Of a stretch of 64,000 bases of DNA, positions 48,301 through 60,676 are shown in pieces (positions within the stretch are counted from its first letter, which is position 1; every line of letters begins with the position of its first letter). The notes beneath the pieces are model-generated. The model made no database searches, had not been told where the DNA came from, and saw nothing but the letters and a program-made list of their open reading frames with translations. This DNA comes from Macrostomum hystrix (Eukaryota; Animalia; Platyhelminthes). The position numbers and the translations under genes were made by a program. The stretch is from NCBI GenBank assembly GCA_950097015.1, contig CATNEN010000025.1:4960001-5024000 (forward strand), read 5' to 3'.

Positions 48301-51300
48301 AGGAACGAAAACTTGTTACAGGTTTTCTAGATAATCCCGATTGTATAGGTACCAAAATATCTGGCGCCGTTAAGATATTTTTGGGGGCAAAATGCAAACC
48401 CTGATCTTATCCTATAGCCGGGTTGCGAGGTCTGACAATGGACAATTCAGTTTCTACCTTGAGTCATCAACGGTTTAGGCTTACCCCTGGCGCCAGTTCT
48501 CTTTGCTTTGGGGGCAGGGCGGGTGGGTTGGCAGGGACCACAGGTAATGCCCTAAAGCCACTCAGAGTTAGTAGGGCCCCACCATCACGGCGATGACTCG
48601 TCGAGTGCTTTGTGGGAGCAGACAAGACTATTGTTATTATCGGTTCTAGATCAAGATAGATTCCTCTGGTTTCTAGAATTTTCGGTGATTTCTTTAAAGA
48701 TTATGCTCAAATCTAAACAAAGGGTTTATTGTTCACAAAGTCATCATTATTTCTTTGTAACATCTGCTGAAATTCCTACCAAGATAGACAACCTCATTTA
48801 GATCTAAAATCCCAAAATATTCTACATCCTAAATTCAAATAAATAATTATAATTTCTAAGATCCCTTACAAGATGTTCAATCCCAAATCCAGATCTGAAA
48901 TCCCAATCCAGATCTGAAATCCCAATCCAGATTTGAAATCCCAATCCAGATCTGAAATCCCAATCCAGATTTGAAATCCCAAGCCAGATCTGAAATCCCA
49001 AGCCATATCTGAAATCCCAAGCCAGATCTGAAATCCCAATCCAGATCTGAAATCCCAATCCAGATCTGAAATCCCAATTCAGATCTGAAATCCCAAATCC
49101 AGATCTGAAATCCCAAGCCAGATCTGAAATCCCAAGCCAGATCTGAAATCCCAATCCAGATCTGAAATCCCATCCAGATCTGAAATCCCAATCCAGATCT
49201 GAAATCCCAATCCAGATTTGAAATCCCAAGCCAGATCTGAAATCCCAATCCAGATTTGAAACCCCAAGCCAGATCTGAAATCCCAATCCAGATCTGAAAT
49301 CCCAATCCAGATTTGAAATCCCAATCCAGATCTGAAATCCCAATCCAGATTTGAAATCCCAATCCAGATCTGAAATCCCAATCCAGATTTGAAATCCCAA
49401 GCCAGATCTGAAATCCCAATCCAGATTTGAAACCCCAAGCCAGATCTGAAATCCCAATCCAGATCTGAAATCCCAATCCAGATTTGAAATCCCAATCCAG
49501 ATCTGAAATCCCAATCCAGATTTGAAATCCCAAATCCAGATCTGAAATCCCAATCCAGATTTGAAATCCCCATCCAGATCTGAAATCCCAATCCAGATTT
49601 GAAATCCCAAGCCAGATCTGAAATCCCAATCCAGATTTGAAATCCCCATCCAGATCTGAAATCCCAATCCAGATTTGAAATCCCAAGCCAGATCTGAAAT
49701 CGCAATCCAGATCTGAAATCCAAATCCACATAAAAATGTTCGAAGAGTTTGGCCATGCAGAAAGCCCAGCAAGACATTGTTGCTTGGACTGTGAGATAAG
49801 CGGCTGGCGCCTCAGCCATCCATCGTCTCCGCTATCTCCCCGAGTCCAAGTGGGCAGAGCGGCTCTTTCATTGCCACCGAAGCAGCGCCGGCTGGTCAGG
49901 CGTGAAATCCTTAACCAACTTGGGACAGCGCCCTACTCTACGTGCGACCTATGTGCTGAATGATGGAAAGGTGGAAGTCTCGAGGCACGCTGTCATCCAG
50001 AGCCCACCCGGGGCGTCTCCCAAACGTTTCCCTAAACCTAATCGTGGTCTCCGAGCTCGCGCCGCTCGCGTGACCGTCAAATGTTGCATGTGAGCTGTGA
50101 GTAGCAGCGGAAGGCCAGCCCCCCAAACCCGGCCCTGTCGGCACCCCCGTCAAGGTTTCGGGCGCCTCGATCCTGTCAGAGCCCTTTTTGCTTGCTTGAT
50201 TGACACCAGAGACTAAACAGAGCGGGGCATATATTTGAAAATATACGAGCACGTGAAAATTAGCGAATCGCTCGAAATCTCAGAGGCACGCATGCCGTTC
50301 AGCCAGCCGTAATGTTCTTAGTATTATTCTTGTTCAACAACCTGGCAGTAATATCGAAATTATTTCTGCTCGCTTCTTGTTTTTGCAGCTTCGAACAATC
50401 GCTTAGCAGGGGCGGCTTTCTGGTAGCCAAGAATGACCGCTTAGTGATTGTTTGCCCCGCCAGCGGTAACGAATTCTACAAGATCTACTGGGTGAGTTCG
50501 CGTGCGCTAATTATCCTGACTAATCACTTTTTGAGTCCTGCAGACTGCATCTCAACACTGAAGCCTTTTGTTTGAGACACAAGCGTTACCTGTACGACAC
50601 AGAAATCAGCTGCTGAGTTAAGAACTAACCTGCTAGACAGAGATATCACCTGCTAGACAGAGAAATCACCAACTAGACAGAGAAATCACCTGCTAGACAG
50701 AGAAATCACCTGCTAGACAGAGAAATCACCTGCTAGACAGAGAAATCACCAACTAGACAGAGAAATCACCTGCTAGACAGAGAAATCATCTGCTAGACAG
50801 GGAAATCACCAACTAGACAGAGAAATCACCTGCTAGACAGAGAAATCACCAACTAGACAGAGAAATCACCTGCTAGACAGAGAAATCATCTGCTAGACAG
50901 AGAAATCACCAACTAGACAGAGAAATCACCTGCTAGACAGAGAAATCACCTGCTAGACAGAGAAATCATCTGGTAGACAGAGAAATCATCTGGTAGACAG
51001 AGAAATCACCTGCTAGACAGAGAAATCATCTGCTAGACAGAGAAATCACCTGCTAGACAGAGAAATCATCTGGTAGACAGAGAAATCATCTGGTAGACAG
51101 AGAAATCACCTGCTAGACAGGGAAATCACCAACTAGACAGAGAAATCACCTGCTAGACAGAGAAATCACCAACTAGACAGAGAAATCACCTGCTAGACAG
51201 AGAAATCACCTGCTAGACAGAGAAATCATCTGGTAGACAGAGAAATCACCTGCTGGACAGAGAAATCATCTGCTAGACAGAGAAATCACCTGCTAGACAG

Positions 51301-52357
51301 AGAAATCATCTGCTAGACAGAGAAATCACCAACTAGACAGAGAAATCACCTGCTAGACAGAGAAATCACCTGCTAGACAGAGAAATCATCTGGTAGACAG
51401 AGAAATCATCTGGTAGACAGAGAAATCACCTGCTAGACAGAGAAATCATCTGCTAGACAGAGAAATCATCTGGTAGACAGAAATCATTTGCTAGACAGAG
51501 AAATCATCTGGTAGACAGAGAAATCACCTGCTAGACAGAGAAATCATCTGCTAGACATAGAAATCATCTGGTAGACAGAAATCATTTGCTAGACAGATAA
51601 ATCATCTGGTAGACAGAGAAATCACCTGCTAGACAGAGAAATCATCTGCTAGACAGAGAAATCACCTGCTAGACAGAGAAATCACCTGGTAGATTCAGAA
51701 ATCACCTGGTAGATTGAGAAATCACCTGTTAGATTGAGAAATCACCTGTTAGATTGAGAAATCACCTGTTGGACTTAGAAATCGAGAGTTGGACGCAGAA
51801 AGTTCGCATTCGAGCAAGAAGTCACATGTTAGGCAGAGATCAGATCCTAACAGGTAATTGACTGACCATTGCAGACTCACAATTTCACAGCAGCCAAGGA
51901 GTGCCGCTCCGACGCGCCGCATGTCTTCTTCCTGCTCGGCTGCCGGGAGGCAGGCAGCACGGGGGCTTACCTGGTCACGGATTTTTCGCCGATTCCTGAT
52001 GCGCCCTCGTTTGACCGACCAGTGTACCTGTTCAGTGAGTGGCACTATTAGTCTTTAAGCCTGTGTACGGTGCGCGTGTGCTCAGGAATCAGCGAAATGT
52101 GCAGAATTGCCTCCTCGCTGGCAGCGGGTATAGTGTCACCAAATGATGTGCCCTCCTGCAATTATTATCATTATTAATAGCTGGTGTAGACATAGGTTGT
52201 ACACCTGGCTCTGGATTAGATAATTTAATAAAAATAGCCCGTCCCGTTAACCGCACCGCAGGCCCGTCAACAGGTGACCAGGCGGGCCTGGAGCGCGCCA
52301 CCGGTGGTGCCTGCCTTCAGCGGCGCATGCGGCTCATGGTGGCTGTCGGTGATCCAG
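42318..52357 (+). CDS. efn: Ephrin: signal peptide plus receptor-binding domain; exons 42318..42469, 50389..50491, 51875..52034, 52262..52357; C-terminal exons uncertain (candidates 52556..52666 and 55662..55778)
   Basis: Spliced product ...CVRA-APNGRKDRVVYWNATSSV-FEQ...KNDRLVIVCP...EFYKIYW-THNFTAAKEC...LLGC...DFSPIPDAPSF...YLF-SPSTGDQAGLERATGGACLQRRMRLMVAVGDP. All four conserved ephrin Cys and the VYWN, FSP and GG.C..MK-type motifs are present. GT-AG junctions with phases 2,0,1 are consistent. Confidence 0.9.
42580..43775. repeat. 16-bp minisatellite (CTCTTATCTCCCCTGT) in ephrin intron 1
   Basis: Period seen directly; related to the MITE-internal unit. Confidence 0.95.
44375..45540. repeat. 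16-bp minisatellite (CCTCATCTCTCCCCAG / CCTTATCTCTCCCTTG) in ephrin intron 1, preceded by a hAT-MITE-like left end
   Basis: Period seen directly; 44267..44315 aligns to MITE 4915..4963. Confidence 0.93.
46745..48222. repeat. 35-bp purine-rich minisatellite (AGAGTAGGGGAAGAAAGGGGGTAAGAAAGTCTTAA, with a GAGAGGCTGA variant)
   Basis: Period seen directly. Confidence 0.94.
48880..49722. repeat. 19-bp minisatellite (ATCCCAATCCAGATCTGAA), about 44 copies
   Basis: Period seen directly. Confidence 0.95.
50628..51772. repeat. 20-bp minisatellite (TGCTAGACAGAGAAATCACC), about 57 copies, filling ephrin intron 2
   Basis: Period seen directly. Confidence 0.95.
52065..52175 (+). mobile_element. SINE family 2, 3' fragment in ephrin intron 3
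   Basis: GTGTGCTCAGGAATCAGCGAAATG...GTCACCAAATGATGTGCCCTCCTGCAATTATTAT. Confidence 0.8.
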
Positions 52358-54489
52358 GTAAGCCAGAAGTTGCTGATAGCAACTAGCATGGTCGTTCTAC
52401 TGTCAATAACCGATGCGTAGGTTAAATTAAAAAAAAATAAGAACAAAAATACTCTTTATTAAATGAGCAGTCACGGTTGTCTACCTATATTTAGGCGCAG
52501 TGATTCATACCTTCATCATTATCTCAGCTTCTCTCTGTAAAAAAAGATAATTTAGTCGAAAGGTGTGATGACGCGCCTGACACGCCTAAGCCCGCACCGA
52601 CAGCTACCTGCCTCCCAAAATCCCAAAGGGATTTCGCTAAAAATAAACACATCCCAGTTAGAGCAGGTGAGAACAGACTCTGAGCTTGAATAGCAAGGCA
52701 GTTGACAAAAAGCGGCTGTTGAGCATGAGCATGCATAGCGGCACCCCTGGCTGTGCATGTGGCCCAACTAGACTATAGATTCATTCATTTATTCTTCACA
52801 GCGGAAAGACAGACAATTTTTCCTTCTAAGGAGAGACCACAGGGGCTATTTCAAATACCCGCTGCCTACTTCTCGATAGCTCCCAAACCGAATGACCGAC
52901 TTTCGTGACAGTCCACCATTTCGATTAAAATTTTCCGCCTTTTACGATGAACCAAATTTCAAATCTGTCCGATGTCAGCATCGTCGAGGTATTCAGCAAT
53001 TTTTTGTCGAAGATCCTGGGTGCACACTGGCTCAGCATTAATCAGTTCCCAATCAGCATCTCAAGCACTGCTCAGGCGAGCTGCATGCTTTGTCTCTGTG
53101 AGCGCAGCATGTTTGTGCTTCAATTATACCCCCCTAGCCTCACATCCTCCTGTGTCTTCTGCTCAAAAAATGTTGCTCAGTTCTGCTTCCGTTCCAGCGC
53201 ATCTCGAGTCCCATCTGTCTCGCCCAGCGATGGATGAGCTATTAATTGCACAAACGAGACCAATGAGGCTAGGTGAGGATACAGAGGGGGATATTGAAGC
53301 GAGCCCTTTGATCAGGGCGTCTCCGCAGCAGTAGCGTTTGTCTTCCGCCTCTCTGCCGTGACTGACTGCCGAGTCTGGACTCGCGCATCTCACTGTGCTC
53401 CTATCTCGAATCGCAACGCCGCGCAGATTAGGAAGAATAGGAATTGAAATGCGAAATCAAGGAGCGAAGATCGGGACAGCGAAATCTTCATTCGGGATAT
53501 CTCCCCTTTTTTCCGAAATCCCCATTCACTAGGGACAGGCCATCCTGTGCCCATCCTTCGCTTCCTTTTCATGTGGCAAAAACTGTCGCTGTATTTCTTA
53601 TCGGCCTCCATCATCTAGAAGATAATCCCATTGTGCCCGACCTCCCTCTTTCGCGGCTTGACAGCCGGGCCTCGCTAAAAAGGGAAGATTTGCCGTCTTG
53701 GTTTGGGGCGGGAATTGGTAAATGGGGGGATTGACATTTCTTTGTGAATAATAAATCGCGCAAATGGCCCTGGAACGAGCCTTGAAATTCTTGAGTTGCT
53801 CAGAGCTCAAGTCACTCAGTGCCAACATTGTGGCAATTGAAAAAAACTATATTTCCCTATTGTGTGAGAACACATTGTGAGGCATTGTGATGTATGCAAA
53901 GTTTAGCCAAGATTGTGTAATATTTACGAGATATGCATATTTTAAGTCGCTTTTCAGGCCTTTTTTGTTGTTGCGTTTTTTTAAGAATCTGCTCGCCTGA
54001 TTAAGTTGCGTTGAGTGCATTGAGCATACTTGCTTGAGCCATTGTTAGAAATTATGCTCATTGTTTCAGTGGGGGAAGAGCCTTATCTATTTTTTCAATC
54101 TAACGCCCATCAATATCTACTCCTCGCATTTTGTCTTCATTTTCCCATTCGTTTTCCAATGTGCCTCAACCAGCGATGACGCAATCACATCCCCAAGCGC
54201 CACCGTGGACATCAGCGGCCAGCTGATGATGAATGACCAGCGGGGGATCCGGCGGTATTTATCCCCTTTCAACCCACATCGCTTCGTAGATTTATCGCCA
54301 GCGTCCAAAAAAACTTCTGCCTCACACAAGCTGAGATAATTTTAATGGGGCCAAATATGACTGAATCGCAGTTTCATAGCTTGATAATAGATTATTGGGC
54401 CTACCAGTTTTTCTGACGCCTTTCGAGGCCGATTGAGGTTGTTTTCATAACAGAGATTTTTCATTTAAAACTGTGTAGATTCTATCTGT

Positions 54490-55660
54490 ACACGCATCCA
54501 AACCTCCATTCACATTCACATCTGCATCCGCATCTAGATCTGCATCTACATCCGCATCTACATCCGCATCTATACCCGCATCTACATCTGCATGTACGTC
54601 CGCATCTACATCTACATCCGCATCTACATCTACATCCACATCTACATCCGCATCTACATCCGCATCTACATCCGCATCTACATCCGCATCTACATCTACA
54701 TCCACATCTACATCCACATCTACATCCACATCTACATCTACATCTACATCTACATCCACATCTACATCCACATCTACATCCGCATCTACATCTACATCCG
54801 CATCTACATCCGCATCTACATCTACATCCACATCTACATCCACATCTACATCCGCATCTACATCCGCATCCACATCTACATCCGCATCTACATCCGCATC
54901 TACATCTACATCCGCATCTACATCCGCATCTACATCTACATCCACATCTACATCCGCATCTACATCCGCATCTACATCTACATCCGCATCTACATCCGCA
55001 TCTACATCCGCATCTACATCTACATCCGCATCTACATCCGCATCCACATCTACATCCGCATCTACATCCGCATCTACATCTACATCCGCATCTACATCCG
55101 CATCTACATCCACATCTACATCCGCATCTACATCCGCATCTACATCTACATCCGCATCTACATCCGCATCTACATCCGCATCTACATCTACATCCGCATC
55201 TACATCCGCATCCACATCTACATCCGCATCTACATCCGCATCTACATCTACATCCGCATCTACATCCGCATCTACATCCGCATCTACATCTACATCCGCA
55301 TCTACATCCACATCTACATCCGCATCTACATCCGCATCTACATCCGCATCTACATCCGCATCTACATCTACATCCGCATCTACATCCACATCTACATCCG
55401 CATCTACATCCGCATCTACATCTACATCCACATCTACATCCGCATCTACATCCGCATCTACATCTACATCCGCATCTACATCCACATCTACATCCGCATC
55501 TACATCCGCATCTACATCTACATCCACATCTACATCCGCATCTACATCCGCATCTACATCCGCATCTACATCCGCATCTACATCCGCATCTACATCCGCA
55601 TCTACATCCGCATCTACATCCGCATCTACATCCGCATCTACATCCGCATCTACATCCGCA
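54490..55660. repeat. Hexamer-based microsatellite (ACATCT/ACATCC/GCATCT), becoming pure (ACATCCGCATCT)n at its right end
   Basis: Period seen directly; source of the DVDAD, CRCG and YIRI artefact ORFs. Confidence 0.97.
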
Positions 55661-56184
55661 GATTCGCAGCCGCCGAGGCCGCCGAGGCCGCCGCCAATAG
55701 AGGACTCCCCAATGCACCCCGCCTACCCGCCGCTGCCCAGCGCACGCCAGACACCTTTGGGAAGTGGCGGTTTCCAAGGTAACAGTGATGGAAGGTTTTA
55801 ACTTTGAATTGCGTTCTTCTGCTCCGGTTCATTCAAAGTGAAATCGGGTTGCTCTTATAGAATCCATCAATGCCTTGTTGTTGCCTTTAATCCTCAACAA
55901 TGGCAGGATTCAAGGATTAGACCAATTTGGTTGCTGGGCTTTGTGGGGCCCGGGTCAATGCGCCTGGCATTTATCAATCTACTCATACAGTTTCTGGGGG
56001 ATTTTAATATGGGATCTGTGGGATAAAAATCGTATGCTGAAGCGTGAATCAGTGAAGACATCAGTTGGCAGTCATTGCTTTCAATACTAAACCAACACGA
56101 CACAATGCGACGAAGAGGGAGAAGTAAGTTTGGCAGCGCAAAATATCCAGACAATAATAATAATAATTGATTACACCTGCACAA

Positions 56185-56400
56185 ATCGGGCCAGCAGCAC
56201 AGCCGCAGCTAATGCGCGTCTGAAGGCTGCGTACGGCTGTATGTCCATGGACTCCCTCAATCACCCCAGCTGATGCTGTTAACCATTTAATAGCTGGGTG
56301 AACTCTAGCAATGCAGAGTTAAGTGTCTTGCTAAGGGACAAAAATGGTTCCGGTGGAATCGGGCCTCGAACCCCCGACCTTCAAGTCGGGCTGGCCTTCG
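56185..56400 (-). mobile_element. SINE family 1 copy
   Basis: Reverse complement of the family body (GTCCATGGAC, CAGCTGGGGTGATTGAGG, GCATTGCTAGAGTTCACCCAGC) with a GGGGGTTCGAGG B-box-like head. Confidence 0.75.
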
Positions 56401-57474
56401 CCTCTTCACACAATGTGACTCATGAGGCTAATAACCTGGGACAATGGGAAAAGCCTTGTTGCCTTTGGATGGAGTCACAAAAGTTGTGATCTTGGCTGCT
56501 TTTTGCTAAGCCGCAAATTTTTACAACTATCTTCCTCTGTCACTCTCACACAGCCTTCGAGTGTACTTTGGTTTCGCTGCAATCGAAAACAAAAAATTGG
56601 ACCAAATCTAGTCCAAGTAGGCGTTTATGGCGCTGCTGCAGGCAATTATGCGACAATCCAAGTCCAGCCTCTTTAAAAAAGCTAGCAGCAGCTGTACCTA
56701 AATGTGTACTTAAATGTAAGGCAATAATTGTGGTTTCATTGCCGTGTGTGTGTGTGGGGGGGGCATTTTGCCGCTTCCTGCTGGCTTGATTTGCTTTCTT
56801 AGCTTTCAGTCGTCGCCCGTCTCCAAGGTCAGACTAAAAAGCTGAGCCAGATACTGGAGACAATCCGTTTTTTTTCAAACAGATCTCATGTATATTTTTC
56901 ATATTGCATTAATTCACTGAACCAAAATGCCTTTGGCTAGATGACTCTGACTCAGCTTGGAACCGGTAGGGCGTCGAAAAAAGTTAGAAAGAATAATGAT
57001 CCTTTGTCAGAACCCGGATGTAAAGAAAATACTTCACTGATACGGGTAATCGCTCCACTTTTCCCATCATGGGAAAATATTCAATTAGTGTTACACGCCC
57101 GCCTTGACAACCAAAGTCAACTTCAGCTATGCCAGAAGTTTTCTTTTTCGTTTCCAGGAAAGCAAGTCAGACGATAGAGCGAGTGTCCCAGGCCTGTTTT
57201 TTGTCCCTTGCGTGATGAATTGCTTGCAGCAGAGGGGTTGTACAAGCGCACCAAAAGCATATTAGGAGCAGAAGGCAGTAGAAAATACTGGGCAACCAGT
57301 AACTAAAGTTAAGGTGTGAGCGAGGTCACAGTAGCGCAGGCGACATGAGTTGGCCAGTGAAGCGCTCAACCCTGATTGATGTCAGCTACGCTCAAATCAT
57401 TTCCGATCGTCATGAACTTGGGACTTAGAAGTATCGCTTGCACCAATGTCCCTGAGCTCGAAGCCACTAACCAG

Positions 57475-58660
57475 AGAGAATGAGAGATGAGACAAAGGAG
57501 AGGTGAGACAGGAGAGAAATGAGAGATGAGACAAAGGAGAGGTGAGACAGGAGAGAAATGAGAGAAATGAGAGATGAGACAAAGGAGAGGTGAGACAGGA
57601 GAGAAATGAGAGATGAGACAAAGGAGAGGTGAGACAGGAGAGAAATGAGAGAAATGAGAGATGAGACAAAGGAGAGGTGAGACAGGAGAGAAATGAGAGA
57701 AATGAGAGATGAGACAAAGGAGAGGTGAGACAGGAGAGAGATAAAACATGAGAAAGATGAGACAGAGGCGAAATGAGACAGGAGAGAGATGAAACTGGGG
57801 AGAGATGAGACAGAGGAGAGAGAGATGAGACTGGGGAGAGATGAGACAGAGGAGAGAGAGATGAGACTGGGGAGAGATGAGACAGAGGAGAGAGAGATGA
57901 GACTGGGGAGAGATGAGACAGAGGAGAGAGAGATGAAACTGGGGAGAGATGAGACAGAGGAGAGAGAGATGAGACTGGGGAGAGATGAGACAGAGGAGAG
58001 AGAGAGATGAGACTGGGGAGAGATGAGACAGAGGAGAGATGAGACAGATGAGAGAGAGATGAGACTGGGGAGAGATGAGACTGGGGAGAGATGAGACAGA
58101 GGAGAGAGAGATGAAACTGGGGAGAGATGAGACAGAGGAGAGAGAGATGAGACTGGGGAGAGATGAGACAGAGGAGAGAGAGAGATGAGACTGGGGAGAG
58201 ATGAGACTGGGGAGAGATGAGACAGATGAGAGAGAGATGAGACTGGGGAGAGATGAGACAGATGAGAGAGAGATGAGACTGGGGAGAGATGAGACTGGGG
58301 AGAGATGACACAGAGGAGAGAGAGATGAAACTGGGGAGAGATGAGACTGGGGAGAGATGAGACTGGGGAGAGATGAGACAGAGGAGAGAGAGATGAGACT
58401 GGGGAGAGATGAGACAGAGGAGAGAGAGAGATGAGACTGGGGAGAGATGAGACTGGGGAGAGATGAGACAGATGAGAGAGAGATGAGACTGGGGAGAGAT
58501 GAGACTGGGGAGAGATGAGACTGGGGAGAGATGAGACAGAGGAGAGATGAGACAGGAGAGAGATAAAACAGGAGAGAGATAAAACAGGAGAGTGATGAGA
58601 CAGAGGCGAAATGAGACAGAGGAGAGGTGAGACGGGGAGCGAAAAGGCTCAGGAGAGATG
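57475..58660 (-). repeat. 16-bp-based minisatellite (GAGATGAGACTGGGGA), reverse-strand member of the CTCATCTCTCCCCAG family
   Basis: Period seen directly; the reverse complement is identical to units in the 4905 MITE. Confidence 0.93.
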
Positions 58661-59064
58661 AGACAGGAGACACGAGAGGTGTTGACTCAGGCCGTGTCTG
58701 GCAGTGCTGGCTAGAATATTCCGAGCCCAATTTAAAATGCTTTAGGCGCGGAAGCATTCTTAATTATAGATGTTTATCCGTATGACAAAGCCACCACAAT
58801 CGTCACTCCCAGTATTTTAATTCTGAATTCGGCACTCATTAGTAACCATGTGCTACAGTAGGTGTGGCTGTATTGTGGCAAGCACAATTATTATTATTTA
58901 ATAAAAGCAGTGAAGCAGCAAAAACCAAAAAGTTGTTTTTAAAACAAATATGTTACTTTTTTCGAATGATCTTAACTAGCTAGCCTAGCAACCATTGTTA
59001 GTTTTTCTTAAAAATAGTATTTTTTTGTTTGGCTGCACTGGAAAAATTGTATCTTTTCGCAAGA

Positions 59065-59210
59065 CACTGAACTGTGCATTGCTTCAGTTCACCCAGCTCT
59101 TAAATGGGTATCAGCTGGGGTAATTGAGGGTGGGTGTGGCGTCCCCCCAGTCCATGGACTGTACAGCCGTACGCAGCCTTCAGATGCGCTGCGGCTGTGC
59201 AGTCGGCTGC
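59065..59210 (+). mobile_element. SINE family 1, 3' part
   Basis: TGCATTGCTTCAGTTCACCCAGCTCTTAAATGGGTA...CAGTCCATGGACTGTACAGCCGTACGCAGCC. Confidence 0.8.
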
Positions 59211-60676
59211 AGGGTCAGAATATGAAGTTATAGACATTCTTTCTAATTGTACAAGATTTTTTCCGAAGCAACCCGCCCCTAATCCGGATCAAAAGTCTTG
59301 CAGTCGCAAGTGTAAACTGATATTGCCTGCTATCTGCGCCGAATGAGCGCCAATTGATGCCTGGACTAGCTTTTCCCTCCCTCCTTTCTGAAGGGATCAA
59401 AGGCGGATCTGAGGCGGGTTGGTCTGTGTCAGGTTTCAGAGTGCCTTTCTGCTAAAAAATTGCGAGCGAGCAGCAACAGGACTCGAAGTGGATTAAAAGC
59501 GGGGGCCGCGCTGTCTGCTTCAAAAAGTTGTCAGTTTTTTTAGCTTTTAGAGCGCTTAGAGAAATTATTTTACGGGTGAGTCACAGACAGAGATGTCTCT
59601 CTTTGAGCAGTGCGATTGCATCACAGGCCCGGGCCCGCATCTCATGCCTCGGCTTTCAATTTAACGGCCTCTAGTATATTATTCCCCATCAAAATCTGGG
59701 CTTAATCCTCAGCTTTGAATCACTGTTCTCAGGTATGCAATCTAGACCTACACGTCAGTCAACTGTCATCTTTGAAGCTCCTAATGAAATCCGCGATTGT
59801 TGCGATAAATTTAGCCCCGATCGGAGACTATTTGAGAAAATTCTGACCAACTCTACGCAAAAAGATTGTGAGCTAGGATTTCTACCTGAGATTAAGCTGT
59901 GCAAAGCATTCTCTAAACTTGAAACTAAGCAGTGTCAATACAATGGGCCCTTAGAGACGACCTGTTGCTCTGGTGGGGCATTGACGGTGACACAAGAAGA
60001 CCAGACAAGAAAGGCAGAAAGTAAACACTAGCCTTCAAGCAAGAGAATCGGCATTAATTAATGTTGCAGATGCTTTGAAGACTTAGGCACCGAAAATGGT
60101 TCTGCGTATGTCAAACAAAAGCAGTCGCGATGCCACGAATTCAACTATAGACTGCGCTGTGCAAACAATCTTCCCTTGGCTAACAAAACCAACTTTATTG
60201 ACAATTCTATTTAGTTAATAATAATAAGGTATCTAAATTTTCCTGTCTACAACAAATGGTCAAACTTATTTGAACCAAACAAAATGAAACACGTTAATAG
60301 TTACACTTTTTGGGGGGGGGCCATATATTATACAGCTGCAGTGCATGAGGAACAAGTTTTCAGTCCAAAAAGGCAAACAATTGGCATATTTTCACGTTTT
60401 CAATTAACGAATCAGGAACTCAGAACTAAAAAATGTTTCAATTATAAAAAGTAGTAAAGTTTAAAGTTTTCTCTGTTCCGAAAACTTTTTTTTTAATCAA
60501 TTCAAGCACTCATCGACTAATTGACTTGCTAAATAAAGGCCTAACGAAGCCAATCAGTTGTCTTTTGCAGCTGCTACTGGTCCACTTGTATCAGACCAAC
60601 AGATGTCTGTTGTGCCTACTAAATCTAGGAGATAGTGTAGAATATTAAAGGAAGATTTCAAGGAACAGTTATAGAA

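Noticed and set aside
54174-54255. Ephrin exon after the strong acceptor at 54173
   Set aside because: In the required phase 1 it stops after 17 codons. The open frame needs phase 2, for which I found no supporting upstream exon.
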